DNA from: Acidobacteriota bacterium
GTDB taxonomy: Bacteria > Acidobacteriota > Terriglobia > 2-12-FULL-54-10
NCBI GenBank assembly: GCA_009691245.1
Contig: SHUM01000003.1
Span: 3,099-67,098, forward strand
Direction: 5' to 3'
DNA length: 64,000 nucleotides
Part shown: positions 19,480-35,634 of the stretch, one piece after another
How the letters are laid out: each line of letters begins with the position of its first letter
How positions within the stretch are numbered: position 1 is the first letter of the stretch
Position numbers and translations under genes: made by a program
Notes under the pieces: generated by a model
Told to the model about the DNA's origin: nothing
The model's database searches: none
Seen by the model: the letters and a program-made list of their open reading frames with translations, nothing else

Positions 19480-19965
19480 ATGAAGATCAAGAGCGTTAGT
19501 TACAACAACCGGAAGAAAGTCTTCATCATCACCGCTCGCGGCAGGGGGTGGTCGTTTCCCTACGCCAAACTAGATGTGAAGCCCACTGCGGATGATCCAA
19601 TCGTGAATCTCTATGTTGATGCAAAATTGGCCCGCGAGGGTTTCACCTACACGCTGAGATCCGGCCGCGAAGACTCCGTGCTCGCAGACCAATTTCTGGA
19701 TTACAACCGCGACCCCAATTACATGCGCGATATGATGCTGTACCGGCTTTCGCTGGAAGCGCAGAAGCGCGTCGCATCGAGCGGTCTCGCCAAGCGCGAG
19801 ATCACCCTCCGCCTCGGCACCTCCGCCTCGCAACTCTGCCGCCTGCTCGACCAGACCAACTACCGCAAATCCATCGACCATATGCTCGCCCTGCTACAAG
19901 TGCTGGACTGCGAAGTGGAGTTGTCTGTGCATCCAAGAGCTTCTGCGGGCAGGCGGGCAGCGTAA
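19480..19965 (+). CDS. DUF2442-like N-terminal domain fused to a C-terminal helix-turn-helix domain
   Basis: N-terminus IKSVSYNNRKKVFIITARGRGWSFPY resembles DUF2442. C-terminus LAKREITLRLGTSASQLCRLLD is an HTH. Gene sits in a ~50% GC islet. Confidence 0.45.
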   Translation: MKIKSVSYNNRKKVFIITARGRGWSFPYAKLDVKPTADDPIVNLYVDAKLAREGFTYTLRSGREDSVLADQFLDYNRDPNYMRDMMLYRLSLEAQKRVASSGLAKREITLRLGTSASQLCRLLDQTNYRKSIDHMLALLQVLDCEVELSVHPRASAGRRAA

Positions 19966-19981
19966 TGTTTATGGCCCAAGG

Positions 19982-20788
19982 ATGAATCACGCACAAGCAC
20001 TCTACGCAGCCGCCCGCCGATACTGCGAGGAACAGTCACGCGTGTGGATGACCAGGTACCAGCGCCTGCCTAATGATGGAAGGGAATCCGACGGATATAA
20101 CTATACAGCTGAAGCGCTTTCAATATTTCCTCGCTACAATGTGCTGGACGCAATACGGTTTGAAACGGAGCAGATGAATCCCGACCTCCTTGAATCTTTA
20201 GATCAAACGCGACAGCAATTACTAGCGGCGGACAAGAGCGGGTCAACTATGTTCACCAGAGAACCCTGCGGGCCAATTGAGTCAGCCGCAATTTCCCAAG
20301 AACGAGAGCTGTTCTGCGCTTACATCGCCAATTTGACAATTGACCAACTCGGGAGAGTTGAGCCCATGCCCTACAAGCGGGCACTTTCGAGTGGGAAATC
20401 CAAGCAGCTGTGGGATCGGCTAGATTCCATTTGGAAGTTCGATGGTCCGACATCTGAGTATCTGCAGAAGGGCCTTGCGATATTCAAAGCACAGGCATTC
20501 GAATGTACTATTTCGATAGAAAGTCTGCGGGCGCTGTTGGCATCTCACGGAATCCGTCGAGTGTGGCAGCTTATTGATGTGCAGGATATCGAACCTTATT
20601 ACGAAATTGAAACGAACCTTCTCGATCTGCAGTACGACTGGGATCGCTACTGGACATCTGGTGAGTTTGACTGGATTATCTGGGCTTCTCATGAGCACTC
20701 CGTCACCGTCGGCGGATGGCTCCTTGATTCGATAAAGGCAGCATGGCCCGGTTGGAGAGAGGGAATCTGGGATCCAGCGCTTGATTAG
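19982..20788 (+). CDS. Hypothetical protein (orphan, low-GC islet)
   Basis: 268-aa ORF, ~50% GC versus ~63% surroundings. No recognisable motif. Confidence 0.45.
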   Translation: MNHAQALYAAARRYCEEQSRVWMTRYQRLPNDGRESDGYNYTAEALSIFPRYNVLDAIRFETEQMNPDLLESLDQTRQQLLAADKSGSTMFTREPCGPIESAAISQERELFCAYIANLTIDQLGRVEPMPYKRALSSGKSKQLWDRLDSIWKFDGPTSEYLQKGLAIFKAQAFECTISIESLRALLASHGIRRVWQLIDVQDIEPYYEIETNLLDLQYDWDRYWTSGEFDWIIWASHEHSVTVGGWLLDSIKAAWPGWREGIWDPALD

Positions 20789-20908
20789 CGCAGATCCGAG
20801 TTGAGCATCGTGGCTCCTGGGACTTCCGGCGCATACGCAGTTGCAAGAATGCATGCTCTGCTAGAATTGAGGATGGGGCTTCGTCACTTAAGCCCCGCAG
20901 AGCACACT

Positions 20909-22888
<1,980 letters not shown>

Positions 22889-22913
22889 GCAAAGTGAATA
22901 GACAAAACCATTC

Positions 22914-23498
22914 TTACGGGGATGTGCGGAATTTGAGCCATCGGTAAGTGGAATGAACGACGGCAATTGCACAAAGAACCACACTCAGCTTGAACAAGAA
23001 TTGCAAAGTTGGATCCGAATATCCTGGGTGAAAGGCGGTCATGTAGCGATTGCCATCCACAACAAGACTTACTACATAGCCGTGCCAGACTTTACCCTCA
23101 GTCAATTCTCCCAGACGGATCAAGCCGTAGAGTTCGCGTGGCACACTGATCGAAGTGTACGACTCGCCTGACTCATCAATGAAATCAAAGTACCAACTGG
23201 TGCTGTTCTTGGAGTCCACAATTTGACGATTTGTCAGTCGTAGGGTCTTATTTGTGCAGGGGCTGAAATTCGGATTCGATTCAATCTTGTCCGAGCAGTC
23301 TGGCGAGTGGAGAAATTCATCAAGCAAACGACCGTTATACCAGTGGACTAGCCCTGCTATGACCAGAAGCGTTCCCAGCATCAACAAGTACTCGCCGGAG
23401 TATACCCAAACTCCATCCCGAACGAATTGGGCCCAAGCCCGCTTCCGTATAGCCTTTCTCTCGGGCGAGTCAGGCTTATAGAGATCCAGTGACAGCAT
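22914..23498 (-). CDS. Hypothetical membrane protein (two TM helices flanking an extracytoplasmic Cys-containing domain), low-GC
   Basis: 194-aa ORF. TMs at YLLMLGTLLVIAGLV and LSVVLCAIAVV. ~48% GC. Confidence 0.45.
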   Translation of the reverse strand: MLSLDLYKPDSPERKAIRKRAWAQFVRDGVWVYSGEYLLMLGTLLVIAGLVHWYNGRLLDEFLHSPDCSDKIESNPNFSPCTNKTLRLTNRQIVDSKNSTSWYFDFIDESGESYTSISVPRELYGLIRLGELTEGKVWHGYVVSLVVDGNRYMTAFHPGYSDPTLQFLFKLSVVLCAIAVVHSTYRWLKFRTSP

Positions 23499-23669
23499 AA
23501 GATCGCTCGTGTTTTAGCCCGTCTATCATATTCCGTACGATTCCTTTAGTAAGTGTCCCTGACCTTCCCTCCGACTAGAACAAGTACCGCCCCATCGCCG
23601 AAGTGATGTCGGGCGGGAGGTGGGTGGGTGGATGGGTGGCTGGTAGCCGGTTCTTACCTCTTCTACTTG

Positions 23670-23966
23670 TCAGCGCGAGGGCTTGCTCTCCATCTGGCGG
23701 CGGAGGATGGCGTTGATGCGGGTTAGGTGGCCGGGGCCCTGGGACTTCAGCCAGTCCAGCACGTCGCGGTCAACGCGGACCGAGATTTGCGTTTTCAACG
23801 GGCGGTAGTACTTGCCAATCGTGCCTTTGGCCCAGACTGCAGGGGAAAGTTGCGGGACGTCGTCGCTGCTCAGGCCGCCGTCCAGCCGCCGGTCACGCTG
23901 CTTGTAAAGCTGCCGGGTGCGCGCGCTGACCTTAATTGGCTTGCTCTTCGTTGATGCCTTCTTCAT
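23670..23966 (-). CDS. BrnA/DUF4415-like antitoxin (orphan; no BrnT partner found)
   Basis: C-terminal ...VRVDRDVLDWLKSQGPGHLTRINAILRRQMES matches the BrnA/DUF4415 ribbon-helix-helix signature (...qtRiNaiLreym). Confidence 0.55.
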   Translation of the reverse strand: MKKASTKSKPIKVSARTRQLYKQRDRRLDGGLSSDDVPQLSPAVWAKGTIGKYYRPLKTQISVRVDRDVLDWLKSQGPGHLTRINAILRRQMESKPSR

Positions 23967-24017
23967 AGCCCACTTCTATTTCATTCATCCTACACGAAAC
24001 CACTTACAAGATGATCG

Positions 24018-24272
24018 CCGTCAGGGCACGACTTTAGTCGTGCTGTAGAAACGGGTTTATCAACTTTTTTACCACTCTGCCGAAGGCCCAAGCGCAGGCG
24101 CAGCCGGAGCGGGAAGGATGAATTGCGCCGTCCTGCTGGGGCCATGTTAGCGCCGGAAGGTCCAACACAACATTATCTCGCTGCGCCTGCGGCTGCGGTT
24201 GAGCCTTCGGCAGAGAGGCAGAACTGTTTCTCTTGCATGCTATGGCGGCACGACTAAAGTCGTGCCCTGACG
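24018..24272. repeat. 255-bp palindromic element with 25-bp perfect terminal inverted repeats (CGTCAGGGCACGACTTTAGTCGTGC) and inner imperfect dyads; MITE-like
   Basis: TIRs read directly at 24018-24042 and 24248-24272. Inner arms CTCTGCCGAAGGCCCAAGCGCAGGCGCAGC / GCTGCGCCTGCGGCTGCGGTTGAGCCTTCGGCAGAG. Immediately upstream of the BrnA-like gene. Confidence 0.55.
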
Positions 24273-24898
24273 TGAACAAGTGTCTGGGGCAGGTAAGGCT
24301 GGCTGGAGAGGATGCGGGCTCCAGCGAGTGCCCTACTTATACGCGACCGCGGCGCTGCTGGGGCCGGCCATATGGATGACTTCGAAGCGCTGGAAGTCTG
24401 TCTTGGTGCATCAGGCGCGGAATTCGGCGTCGGAGCGCGCTGGGGGCGTGTGCCTTTCATGGTCGAGAGGCCTCGCAAGGCGGTTGCGTGGAAATTGCTA
24501 AGGTTGAGAAAGTACCGTGCGGAGATGGCCAGGCTGGCCGGTGAAGGAAGCTCAGTCCCTGGACTGTTCGGGAGGGAGATTTTCCGCTGCGAACGCTGAG
24601 CCGGCCGTGAGAAACGCGGCCACCGCATTTGCCGAGCACATAAAGCTGGCTGATATTGTCTGTGCAAGCGGGGTCGGCGCCCCGTGGGCGGGTTTCGCGA
24701 CCGCATCTGCCGAGGCCGCCGAGAACTCCTGAACAGTAGATGATTTGGTCAACGCGGAGAATTCGGAGAGTTTGGAGCGCCCGATCTGGACTCGAAATTG
24801 TGCGCCGATGGTGGCGCTCGATGAGCGCGGTTGGGCCGTCCGCTGTACAATACTTTTTCCCCCGCTGGAGTGCTCGCGGCGCCCACTCGACCAAGATC

Positions 24899-25792
24899 AT
24901 GCTAAGAAGATTACTGCTGTTCATCCTGACCGTCCCGTCCCTCGTGGCTCTCGTGGTGGCGCCGTTGCGGTTGGCTGCACAAAATGGCGCGACGCCGTAT
25001 GTGCCCAACATGAAGGAGACGGTGCGCGTCGCCGGGCAGGCAGTCAACTACACGATTGAGCCGGGGCGCATCGAGATGGCCGAGCTGCGCAAGCGCTTCA
25101 CGTCGGAGCAGATGGCGCTGATCGAGAAGCTGAATCGCGCCGACCTGGCGCACCTGCCGCGCATGAGGCAGCTCGTGGTGCCGGAGGCGTTCGGCTCAAC
25201 GATCTCTAACGATGACGAGCTCGACTACGCACCGCTGCCGCGCGAGTGGCCCAGCGCCGCGCAGACTCCCAAGGCCATCGTGGTGCATCTGCCCGGGCAG
25301 ATGTTCGGCGGATATGAATACGGCAAGCTGGTGCGCTGGGGGCCGATCAGTTCGGGGTCTGACAAGATGCCCACGCCGGAGGGGTTCCATCACCTCAACT
25401 GGAAATCGAAGGGGCGCACCAGCACGGAAGATCCGACGTGGTACATGAAGTGGTATTTCAACTTCCAGAACGTCGAAGGCCGCGCGCTGCACGCGCTGGA
25501 GATGCCGGGCTACCCGGCGAGTCACTCCTGCATACGGATGCTGGAGCGCGATGCCATGTGGCTTTACGGCTGGGGCGAGCAGTGGCAGCTCGATCCCACG
25601 GGAGTGACTGTGATGGAGTACGGCACGCCGGTGTTACTAGTGGGCCAGTACGACTTCAACTCGTATTATCCGTGGCGCGTGCCGCAGTGGCTGGCCCAGC
25701 CGGTAACATTGCCACCATTGCCGGCCACCCCGCCTATCGCTTCTATAACCCCGCCCATCACGGCAAAGCCTGAACCGACTGCTGCCAACTAG
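24899..25792 (+). CDS. L,D-transpeptidase (YkuD domain) with Pro/Thr-rich C-terminal tail
   Basis: Signal peptide MLRRLLLFILTVPSLVALVVA. Catalytic motif ...GYPASHSCIRML... (H-x-S-H-S-C-I-R). Start at the internal ATG 24899. Confidence 0.75.
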   Translation: MLRRLLLFILTVPSLVALVVAPLRLAAQNGATPYVPNMKETVRVAGQAVNYTIEPGRIEMAELRKRFTSEQMALIEKLNRADLAHLPRMRQLVVPEAFGSTISNDDELDYAPLPREWPSAAQTPKAIVVHLPGQMFGGYEYGKLVRWGPISSGSDKMPTPEGFHHLNWKSKGRTSTEDPTWYMKWYFNFQNVEGRALHALEMPGYPASHSCIRMLERDAMWLYGWGEQWQLDPTGVTVMEYGTPVLLVGQYDFNSYYPWRVPQWLAQPVTLPPLPATPPIASITPPITAKPEPTAAN

Positions 25793-25884
25793 AGTTGGGT
25801 TCCGGTTTCTATTCGAATGACAGCGAGTGGGGGAATATTGAAGAGCCGCGATGCTGGACACAATCGACTGAGTCGTTGATCGAA

Positions 25885-26769
25885 TTACGATACAGAACTC
25901 GACGTGGTGTCCTCGCGCAGCAGTTCGATGAAGCGGGCCACGGCGGGCGAGAGCGGCTTATTGCGGCGATGGATGGCGCCGATGGGGCGGCTCAGATCGG
26001 GGATGTCGAAGGGCACGACGGCCAGCGTGCCGATGCCCGCTTCCTTGGTGACGCTTGGTCCCGGCAGCAGGCCCACGCCGGTGCCGTTGATGATGGCCTG
26101 CTTGATGGTCTCCACATTGTCGAACTCCATGACCACCTGCGGGCGGACTTCATACTTACGCAGCGCACGGTCAATGGCTTTGCGGATGGCGAGGGAAGCC
26201 TCGAAGGCGATGAATGGCTCGTTCAGCAAATCTTGCGGCGCGACTTTTTTCTTTTTTGCCAGACGATGGCCGGGATGGCAGACGAAGACCATCGGCTCGT
26301 CATGCAGATGCACCACGGAGAGTGCCCGCTTGGCGGGTGGATAGGAGAGCAAACCGAGGTCGGCTTCGTCGTTCAGCACCGCCTCCACCACCTGATGCGG
26401 ATGCAGGCACTCCAGCCGCACGCGCACCTGCGGGTACTGCGATTGAAAGCGCTGCATCGGTCCGCTCATGCCTTGCAAGCCGATTGAGTAGATGGCCGCC
26501 ACGCGCACGGTGCCGGAGAGTTCGTGCAGGCTGGCGGTGATCTCGGCGCGCATTTCTTCGTAGGTTTGCAGGATGCTGCGGCAGGTGTCGTAGAATTTCT
26601 GCCCCTCGGCGGTTACTCCAAACGGTCTCATGCTGCGGTCAATCAGCCGCACGCGCATGTCGGTTTCAATCTGCTGAATTGTCTGGCTGGCGGCTGATTG
26701 GGAGATATTGTGCTCGTCAGCCCCCCGCGAAAAGCTTCGTAAGCGTATGATATCACAGTATAATTGCAT
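25885..26769 (-). CDS. LysR-family transcriptional regulator, divergent from gltBD (GltC-like arrangement)
   Basis: N-terminal HTH MQLYCDIIRLRSFSRGADEHNISQSAASQTIQQIE plus LysR substrate-binding domain. Start chosen at the Met aligning with canonical LysR position 1. Confidence 0.8.
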   Translation of the reverse strand: MQLYCDIIRLRSFSRGADEHNISQSAASQTIQQIETDMRVRLIDRSMRPFGVTAEGQKFYDTCRSILQTYEEMRAEITASLHELSGTVRVAAIYSIGLQGMSGPMQRFQSQYPQVRVRLECLHPHQVVEAVLNDEADLGLLSYPPAKRALSVVHLHDEPMVFVCHPGHRLAKKKKVAPQDLLNEPFIAFEASLAIRKAIDRALRKYEVRPQVVMEFDNVETIKQAIINGTGVGLLPGPSVTKEAGIGTLAVVPFDIPDLSRPIGAIHRRNKPLSPAVARFIELLREDTTSSSVS

Positions 26770-26953
26770 GGAACCAAAATTCATAAAGGCCATTATACAA
26801 TATAAGAAAATATAATGTAAAGAATATTTATTTTCGGCTTGGATTATGAACAAACTTCTTGTACTATTAATTCCCAGGTAGTCCGAGGTATTCCCCGGCA
26901 TTACGCAGACAATCTGTCGTTAACACCTGACCGCTATTCATGGAGGAAGGCCT
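26770..26953. promoter_or_regulatory. AT-rich (~30% GC) divergent control region between the LysR gene and gltB; imperfect dyad TACAATATAAG-AAA-ATATAATGTA
   Basis: Marked drop in GC relative to the genome. Dyad read directly around 26795-26821. Position between divergent starts. Confidence 0.4.
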
Positions 26954-31535
<4,582 letters not shown>

Positions 31536-31543
<8 letters not shown>

Positions 31544-32987
31544 GGTAACTGGATTTATCGAGTACGACCGCGAGAAATTCAAATATCGGCCAGTCGAGGA
31601 GCGCCTCCACGACTACCGCGAAGTGACGCTGCCCGCCGAAGATGCCAAGCTTAAGAAGCAGGCCGCGCGCTGCATGGACTGCGGCATTCCCTTCTGCCAC
31701 ATGGGCTGTCCGCTGGGCAATCTGATCCCAGATTGGAACGACCTGGTCTATCGCGACCGTTGGTCGGAGGCGATCACGCGGCTGCACTCGACGAATAATT
31801 TCCCCGAGTTCACGGGACGCCTCTGCCCCGCGCCGTGCGAAGGCTCCTGCGTGCTGGGCATCAACAATCAGCCGGTTACGATCAAGCAGGTGGAAGTCTC
31901 CATCATCGAGCGTGCCTTCGAGAGTGGCTTCGTCAAGCCGTTCACGCCCACCGTGCGCACGGGCAAGAAGGTCGCTGTGGTGGGCTCCGGCCCGGCGGGG
32001 TTGGCGACGGCGGACCAGCTCAACAAGGCCGGCCATCTGGTAACCGTCTTCGAGCGCGCCGACCGCGTCGGCGGCTTGATGCGTTATGGCATCCCTGAAT
32101 TCAAGATGGAGAAAAACGTCCTGAACCGGCGGCTCGCGCTGATGGAGCAGGCTGGAGTTATCTTCCGCACCAGCGCCAACATCGGCGTGAATGTTCCGGT
32201 TAAGGAATTGCAGAAGGACTTTGACGCCATCGTGCTGGCCGGCGGCGCCACCGCTCCGCGCGACCTGCCCATTCCCGGACGCGAGCTCAAGGGCATCTAT
32301 TACGCGATGGACTTTCTGCCCTTGCAGAATAAGAAGTGCGAAGGCGACACCATTCCCGACGCTCAGTTCATCTCCGCCGAGGGCAAGCGCGTGGTGATCA
32401 TCGGCGGCGGCGACACTGGCGCGGACTGCCTGGGCACGGTGCATCGACAGGGATGTAAGTCCGTCCACCAACTCGAACTGCTGCCTAAGCCTCCCGACGC
32501 GCGTGATGTGCTCAACAACCCCTGGCCGCTGTGGCCGAACATCTTCCGCACCTCCTCGGCGCATGACGAGGGCGGCATTCGCGAGTATTCCATTTCGACC
32601 AAGAACTTTTCCGGCGTTGATGGCGTGGTGAAGAAGCTGCACACCGTGCAGGTGAAGATGGCTCCCGACGCGCAGGGCCGCCTCGGCTTTGTCGACATTC
32701 CCGGCACCGAGATGGAGATCGAAGCCGATCTGGTGCTGCTGGCCATGGGCTTCCTCGGCCCCGAGAAGAAAGGCATGCTCGATCAGTTCGGCGTAAAGCT
32801 CACCGAGCGCGGCAACGTGGCGCGCGACGCCAACTGGATGACCAACGTCCCTGGCGTATTCACCGCCGGCGACATGCAGCGCGGCCAATCGCTGATCGTC
32901 TGGGCCATCGCCGAAGGCCGCTCCGCCGCCCGCGGCGTGGATACCTTCCTCATGGGCCGCTCTGATTTACCCGCGCCTCTTGCCTAG
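31536..32987 (+). CDS. gltD: Glutamate synthase small (NADPH) subunit
   Basis: [30 protein letters not shown], Fe-S cysteines, FAD/NAD Rossmann GSGPAGLA. Overlaps gltB by 8 nt. Confidence 0.95.
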
Positions 32988-33020
32988 GCTGCTCCGCCGC
33001 GATTGCCCGTCGAACTATAA

Positions 33021-33539
33021 TTGCATGGGATGGAAATGACGAACCCGTACGCAACGCAGTTGGGAGACAGCGATCCGCTGCACGTAGTGGCGACCACGCC
33101 CCAGCGTCTCGAACAACTCTCAGCATTGCTTGGCGAGGACGGGATGCAGCAATCAGTCGCTCCCGGCAAGTGGACGGCGCGGGAAATCTTGTGCCACCTG
33201 GCAGATTGCGAAGTGGCCTTTGCCTTTCGGCTCCGACAGACTCTGGCGGAGAATTTCCACGTCATGCAGCCGTTCGATCAGGACAGATGGGCGAGCGCTT
33301 ACGCAGCATATGAAGCTCCGGAAGCGCTCTCCGTCTTTTCCGCATTGCGGTAGTGGAACTTCCGGCTGATCCGTTCGCTGAGCCCGGCGGCCTTCGCGAA
33401 ACCCGTGAACCATCCCGAGCGCGGCGACATGACCTTCCAAGCGATCGTCGAAACGATGGCCGGCCACGATATCAATCACCTCCGCCAGCTACAGCTAATC
33501 GCCGGCAGGAAATCGGATCGACAGCAATCCTCCTCCTAG
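33021..33539 (+). pseudogene. DinB_2/DinB-YfiT-like metal-dependent protein interrupted by one in-frame TAG (33351-33353)
   Basis: The same frame continues after the TAG: ...SVFSALR*WNFRLIRSLSPAAFAKPVNHPERGDMTFQAIVETMAGHDINHLRQLQLIAG. Combined length ~170 aa fits the family. Conserved H residues lie on both sides of the stop. Confidence 0.55.
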
Positions 33540-33643
33540 TGTTTCGGCGCATTAATCGCTCGTAGCTTCAGCGATCTATCCCCAGGCACCCCCGCCGGGC
33601 GTGGAGATGCGCAGGATGGTGATCTTCTGTGCGATGAAGGCGG

Positions 33644-33856
33644 CTACAAGAAAATCTTCCGCATCTGGCTGAGTACCGCGTCCATCTTGGCGAGGCTCAG
33701 CGCGGCGATTGCAGCCAGGATCAAATCCTCGGTGAGTTGATTGGCAGAATCGGGTGAAATAACGAGGGCAGGCCTGTTTTTGGTTGCGGTAAGGTCGGTG
33801 AAGGGAAAGGAAACCAGGACAATGTCGTCGCGCCTATAGCTTGTCGTAGACGGCAT
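33644..33856 (-). CDS. PemK/MazF-like toxin, apparently truncated (70 aa)
   Basis: N-terminus RRDDIVLVSFPFTDLTATKNRPALVIS matches the PemK family core (GDIvlvdFPfsd...KkRPalVls). The C-terminal half diverges. Confidence 0.45.
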   Translation of the reverse strand: MPSTTSYRRDDIVLVSFPFTDLTATKNRPALVISPDSANQLTEDLILAAIAALSLAKMDAVLSQMRKIFL

Positions 33857-34034
33857 CTTCTTCGTTATTCCAGAACTGGAAGCTCTTTTCCGTTGCCTTC
33901 AGCCAGCCGGAATGCTTTGTTAGGCTTAACAGTTCTTCTTCGGAAAAGATACGATGCTTCTTCCCGGGAGCTGCGTCGGCGACTTTCTCCAGCGGCCGAA
34001 AGATTCCGTCGATATATTCCGCTCTAACGCTCAT
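33834..34034 (-). CDS. Small antitoxin-like protein (DUF104-like N-terminus), overlapping the toxin start by 23 nt
   Basis: MSVRAEYIDGIFRPLEKV... resembles DUF104 antitoxins (IEAiYEnGvlkPLEpl). C-terminus WNNEEDAVYDKL is a common antitoxin tail. Typical TA gene overlap. Confidence 0.45.
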   Translation of the reverse strand: MSVRAEYIDGIFRPLEKVADAAPGKKHRIFSEEELLSLTKHSGWLKATEKSFQFWNNEEDAVYDKL

Positions 34035-34106
34035 GCCTGCGACCTCTTCGATAGTTCTATCACCACAGACGGGGAAATCTAGATATAGGGGTGTGCCACC
34101 GGTTGC

Positions 34107-34571
34107 TTAGCGCGCGGGCTGGCTGGCGGCGCGGAACTCGCGCATGAAGTCTTCCACGCTCATGACGTAGACGGGCGGGAAGTTGGCTTGCGGGCGGGCC
34201 TCGGTGATCATGTTGATGGCCTGCTTGCGCTCGTAGCCCAGCGCCCGCATGATGGCCAGCACCATGAGCGGGCTGCGGTGAACGCCCGCCGCGCAATGCA
34301 CGTAAATCTTCGCGTTGGGATTTTCCAGCGCGAGCAAAGTAAAATCCACCACGGTCCAGAAGAGCGACGATGGCTTGGGAAGAAAATCGTCCGTAGTCCC
34401 GTTCTGGAGCACAACGATACCGGTGCCGTCGTTGATGGTGTGATCGTCAAACTCGTGCATCATGTTGATCACGTGCGTGAAGCCAGCCTCGGCCAGTTCG
34501 CGCATGTTCTCCACGTTGCGGATGAATCCGCCGACCGCGAGTTCTTCCGTTACAAACTGATAGTCGACCAT
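34107..34571 (-). CDS. Dual-specificity (Tyr/Ser/Thr) protein phosphatase
   Basis: CX5R P-loop VHCAAGVHRSPLMVLAIM; 154 aa. Confidence 0.75.
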   Translation of the reverse strand: MVDYQFVTEELAVGGFIRNVENMRELAEAGFTHVINMMHEFDDHTINDGTGIVVLQNGTTDDFLPKPSSLFWTVVDFTLLALENPNAKIYVHCAAGVHRSPLMVLAIMRALGYERKQAINMITEARPQANFPPVYVMSVEDFMREFRAASQPAR

Positions 34572-34795
34572 TGCTCGCTGCTCCCGCGGAGCGAATCATC
34601 GCTTTCCCGAACTTGGACCCCAGCGCCGCCAATCAGCGCTGACGGCCCTACATTGATAATCGGCCAAACACGACCCATTGTGAAAATAATTATGATTCAA
34701 CAGGGCGTCGCAGGCACACGAAGTTACTGGTTCGGCACCCGCCTCTAGTACCATCCTCGGCGGTGCAGGTGAGTTGTTGAAACTCTGGAAAGTAT

Positions 34796-35371
34796 TTAGC
34801 GGCGTGATTTCTTCGCTCTGCCTGGGGGCTTCCTGGCCGGCGATTTCCTGCGAGCGGGGGCCTTTTTCCTTGCGGCTTTGCCACGTTTAGCCGCCACCGG
34901 CTTCACGGCTTTCTTGCGCACCGGTGATTTTGCGCGAACTACCCGCGCGGTCTTTTTGCGCACCGGTTTGGCGGCCCGTTTGGCAATTGGTCTAGCGGGT
35001 GCTTTGGCCATCTTCCTGGCCGTTGGTTTCTTGCGGACCAGCGCTTTTTTCGGACTCGGCTTCGTTGCCGCGGTCTTCTTCGGCTTGCCTGCGGATTTCT
35101 TCGAGGCTGGGGCAGCTGAGGAAGCTGCTTTTTTGCGAGGGGTGGCTGGCGCTGCGGTGGCTTCAATCACCGTCGCTAGTGCTGGCGACAGGCTGGTCTC
35201 GGTGATGATGATCCCCTCGACGACCATCCCTTCATCAGCGGAATCATCATCGTCTTCCTCGAAGCCGGAGGCGAACTCATCGAGTTCCTTGTCAAACTCG
35301 CCCGACATTTCATCGAGCTCATCAAACATGTCCTCATCATTCATTCCGAAGTTCATTTCATCCGCGCTCAT
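34796..35371 (-). CDS. Histone H1-like protein: acidic N-terminal domain fused to a Lys/Ala/Pro-rich basic tail
   Basis: N-terminus MSADEMNFGMNDEDMFDELDEMSGEFDKELDEFASGFEEDDDDSADEG. C-terminal ~110 aa is KKAA/PKK repeats (AAKPVRKKTARVVRAKSPVRKKAVKPVAAKRGKAARKK...), like Hc1/AlgP-type bacterial histone-like proteins. Confidence 0.6.
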   Translation of the reverse strand: MSADEMNFGMNDEDMFDELDEMSGEFDKELDEFASGFEEDDDDSADEGMVVEGIIITETSLSPALATVIEATAAPATPRKKAASSAAPASKKSAGKPKKTAATKPSPKKALVRKKPTARKMAKAPARPIAKRAAKPVRKKTARVVRAKSPVRKKAVKPVAAKRGKAARKKAPARRKSPARKPPGRAKKSRR

Positions 35372-35634
35372 GGTTCCCCCTGATTGGCCCGCCGATTCGC
35401 TCTGGGACTTGGATGTTGCTGTCCGCTGGCAAAAGCTCTCAAAAATTGGGTTTTATCTCAGACCGTGGATGGTGTCAAGTCGAATCCATATGGCGAACCC
35501 CAGGGTTGAATCCCTAAGCCACCCTCCGAGGATGATTGCCAGCAGAACGGACAGGCCAATCTTTCCAGGTGCAAATTCCTGTTGTCCCCAATAGCAAAGC
35601 TCGATAGAGTACCGTCAGACTCAGTTTTGGAGGC

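Noticed and set aside
24280-24898. Several 70-150-aa ORFs on both strands between the palindromic element and the L,D-transpeptidase gene
   Set aside because: Low-complexity Pro/Arg/Ala-rich translations, mutually overlapping, no motifs. Treated as non-coding or unknown.
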